DNA of 15,222 nucleotides from an archaeon (GTDB taxonomy: Archaea > Iainarchaeota > Iainarchaeia > Iainarchaeales > CSSED10-239). The translations under genes were made by a program, and so were the position numbers. The DNA is taken from assembly GCA_037147375.1 (NCBI GenBank), contig JBAWVI010000010.1:1-15222 (forward strand), written 5' to 3'. Position 1 is the first letter of the stretch. The number at the start of each line of letters is the position of its first letter. The notes under the pieces were generated by a model. That model was not told where the DNA came from, ran no database searches, and saw only the letters and a list, made by a program, of their open reading frames with translations. Below, in pieces: positions 14,517 through 15,222 of this stretch.

Positions 14517-15222
14517 TTAAACAGACCAAAATTTAAATTTATTATTAACTAATTTTAAAACATCAAATATCAAAATAAATAAAATCCCAACACCAACAGC
14601 TATTATCCATTGGATTATACTTAAAGAAATCATTCCAAAAATATTATTTAAAGGTGTATAGATAATAACTATTGTTGCTACTATAGAAATTAAAGATGCA
14701 TAAAAAAGATATTTATTTGTAACTAAAGATCTATTGAATACACCCTTTCTAAATGAACGGAATACAAATGAACCAAATATCTGTAATAAAATTAAAGTTA
14801 ATACTGTTGTTGTAATTGCATAAGCTGAACTCATACCAAGTACGTTAAATATGAAAAAATAAACTGCTAATGTAAATCCTGCAGTTAATATTCCTGCAAA
14901 TAAGAATAAATAAATTAAATTTTTATTTAAAATATCTCTCATTTTTGGTTTTTCTAACATAATATCATTGGATGAAGGATTAAACCCTAAAGCAATTGAT
15001 GAAAAGTTATCAACAACCATATTCATAAATAAGATTTGTAAAGGTAATAAAATTGGAATTGGCCACCCAAGTTTACTTCCAAATATTACTGCAAATATAA
15101 TTATAAAAAGTTCAGCAAAAGTACAAGAAAGATCATAGGTTATAAATTTTCTAATGTTTGAAAATATTGTTCTTCCTTCCTTGATTGCAGTTACAATTGT
15201 TGCAAAATTATTATCTTTTAAG
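14517..15222 (-). CDS. P-type (P2-like) cation-transporting ATPase, C-terminal membrane domain; the 5' end is outside the window
   Basis: The track ORF starts at an internal Met. My translation of the same frame stays open to the window edge: LKDNNFATIVTAIKEGRTIFSNIRKFITYDLSCTFAELF...LPLQILFMNMVVDN. DDNFATIV...EGR-x-IF-x-NI-x-KF and LQILW-x-N are the conserved stretch before TM5 and TM6 of P2-type ATPases. Four more TM helices follow. Confidence 0.88.
   Translation of the reverse strand, partial: LKDNNFATIVTAIKEGRTIFSNIRKFITYDLSCTFAELFIIIFAVIFGSKLGWPIPILLPLQILFMNMVVDNFSSIALGFNPSSNDIMLEKPKMRDILNKNLIYLFLFAGILTAGFTLAVYFFIFNVLGMSSAYAITTTVLTLILLQIFGSFVFRSFRKGVFNRSLVTNKYLFYASLISIVATIVIIYTPLNNIFGMISLSIIQWIIAVGVGILFILIFDVLKLVNNKFKFWSV

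Noticed and set aside
1-15222. Window-wide scan for CRISPR arrays, IS elements or transposases, integrases, rRNA and long direct repeats.
   Set aside because: I see no regularly spaced direct repeats, no transposase- or integrase-like ORFs and no rRNA-like GC-rich blocks. The only structured non-coding elements found are the tRNA and the terminator-like hairpins.

Overview
Very AT-rich, gene-dense window, and almost certainly archaeal. It encodes ribosomal protein L44e/eL42 (an archaea/eukaryote-only family), an XPD/Rad3 FeS helicase, an archaeal-style tRNA-Glu and an intein. The many small membrane and Cys-rich surface proteins fit a small-genome DPANN-like archaeon, but that placement is inference only. 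I support 17 complete or edge-truncated CDSs, one tRNA, one intein, five hairpin plus U-tract terminator candidates and one Shine-Dalgarno site. Recognisable genes are a flavodoxin-like protein (partial), XPD, rpl44e, a HerA/FtsK-type ATPase, an MFS-like transporter, a TM2 protein, an LMW phosphotyrosine phosphatase, an HPS/OMPDC-family enzyme, an SPFH/stomatin, a DUF378 protein and the C-terminus of a P-type ATPase (partial). I found no CRISPR array, rRNA, transposase or integrase. Four things are most worth a second look: (1) a 200-aa mini-intein that splits the Walker A P-loop of the HerA-type ATPase; (2) tight coupling of that ATPase to an unknown multi-pass membrane protein instead of NurA/Mre11/Rad50; (3) an envelope gene island (7325-11096) holding two unrelated 14-cysteine anchored proteins, one an internal duplication of a 6-Cys module; (4) repeated bacterial-style hairpin/U-tract terminators that straddle stop codons. 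All family assignments come from reading motifs by eye. No database search was run.
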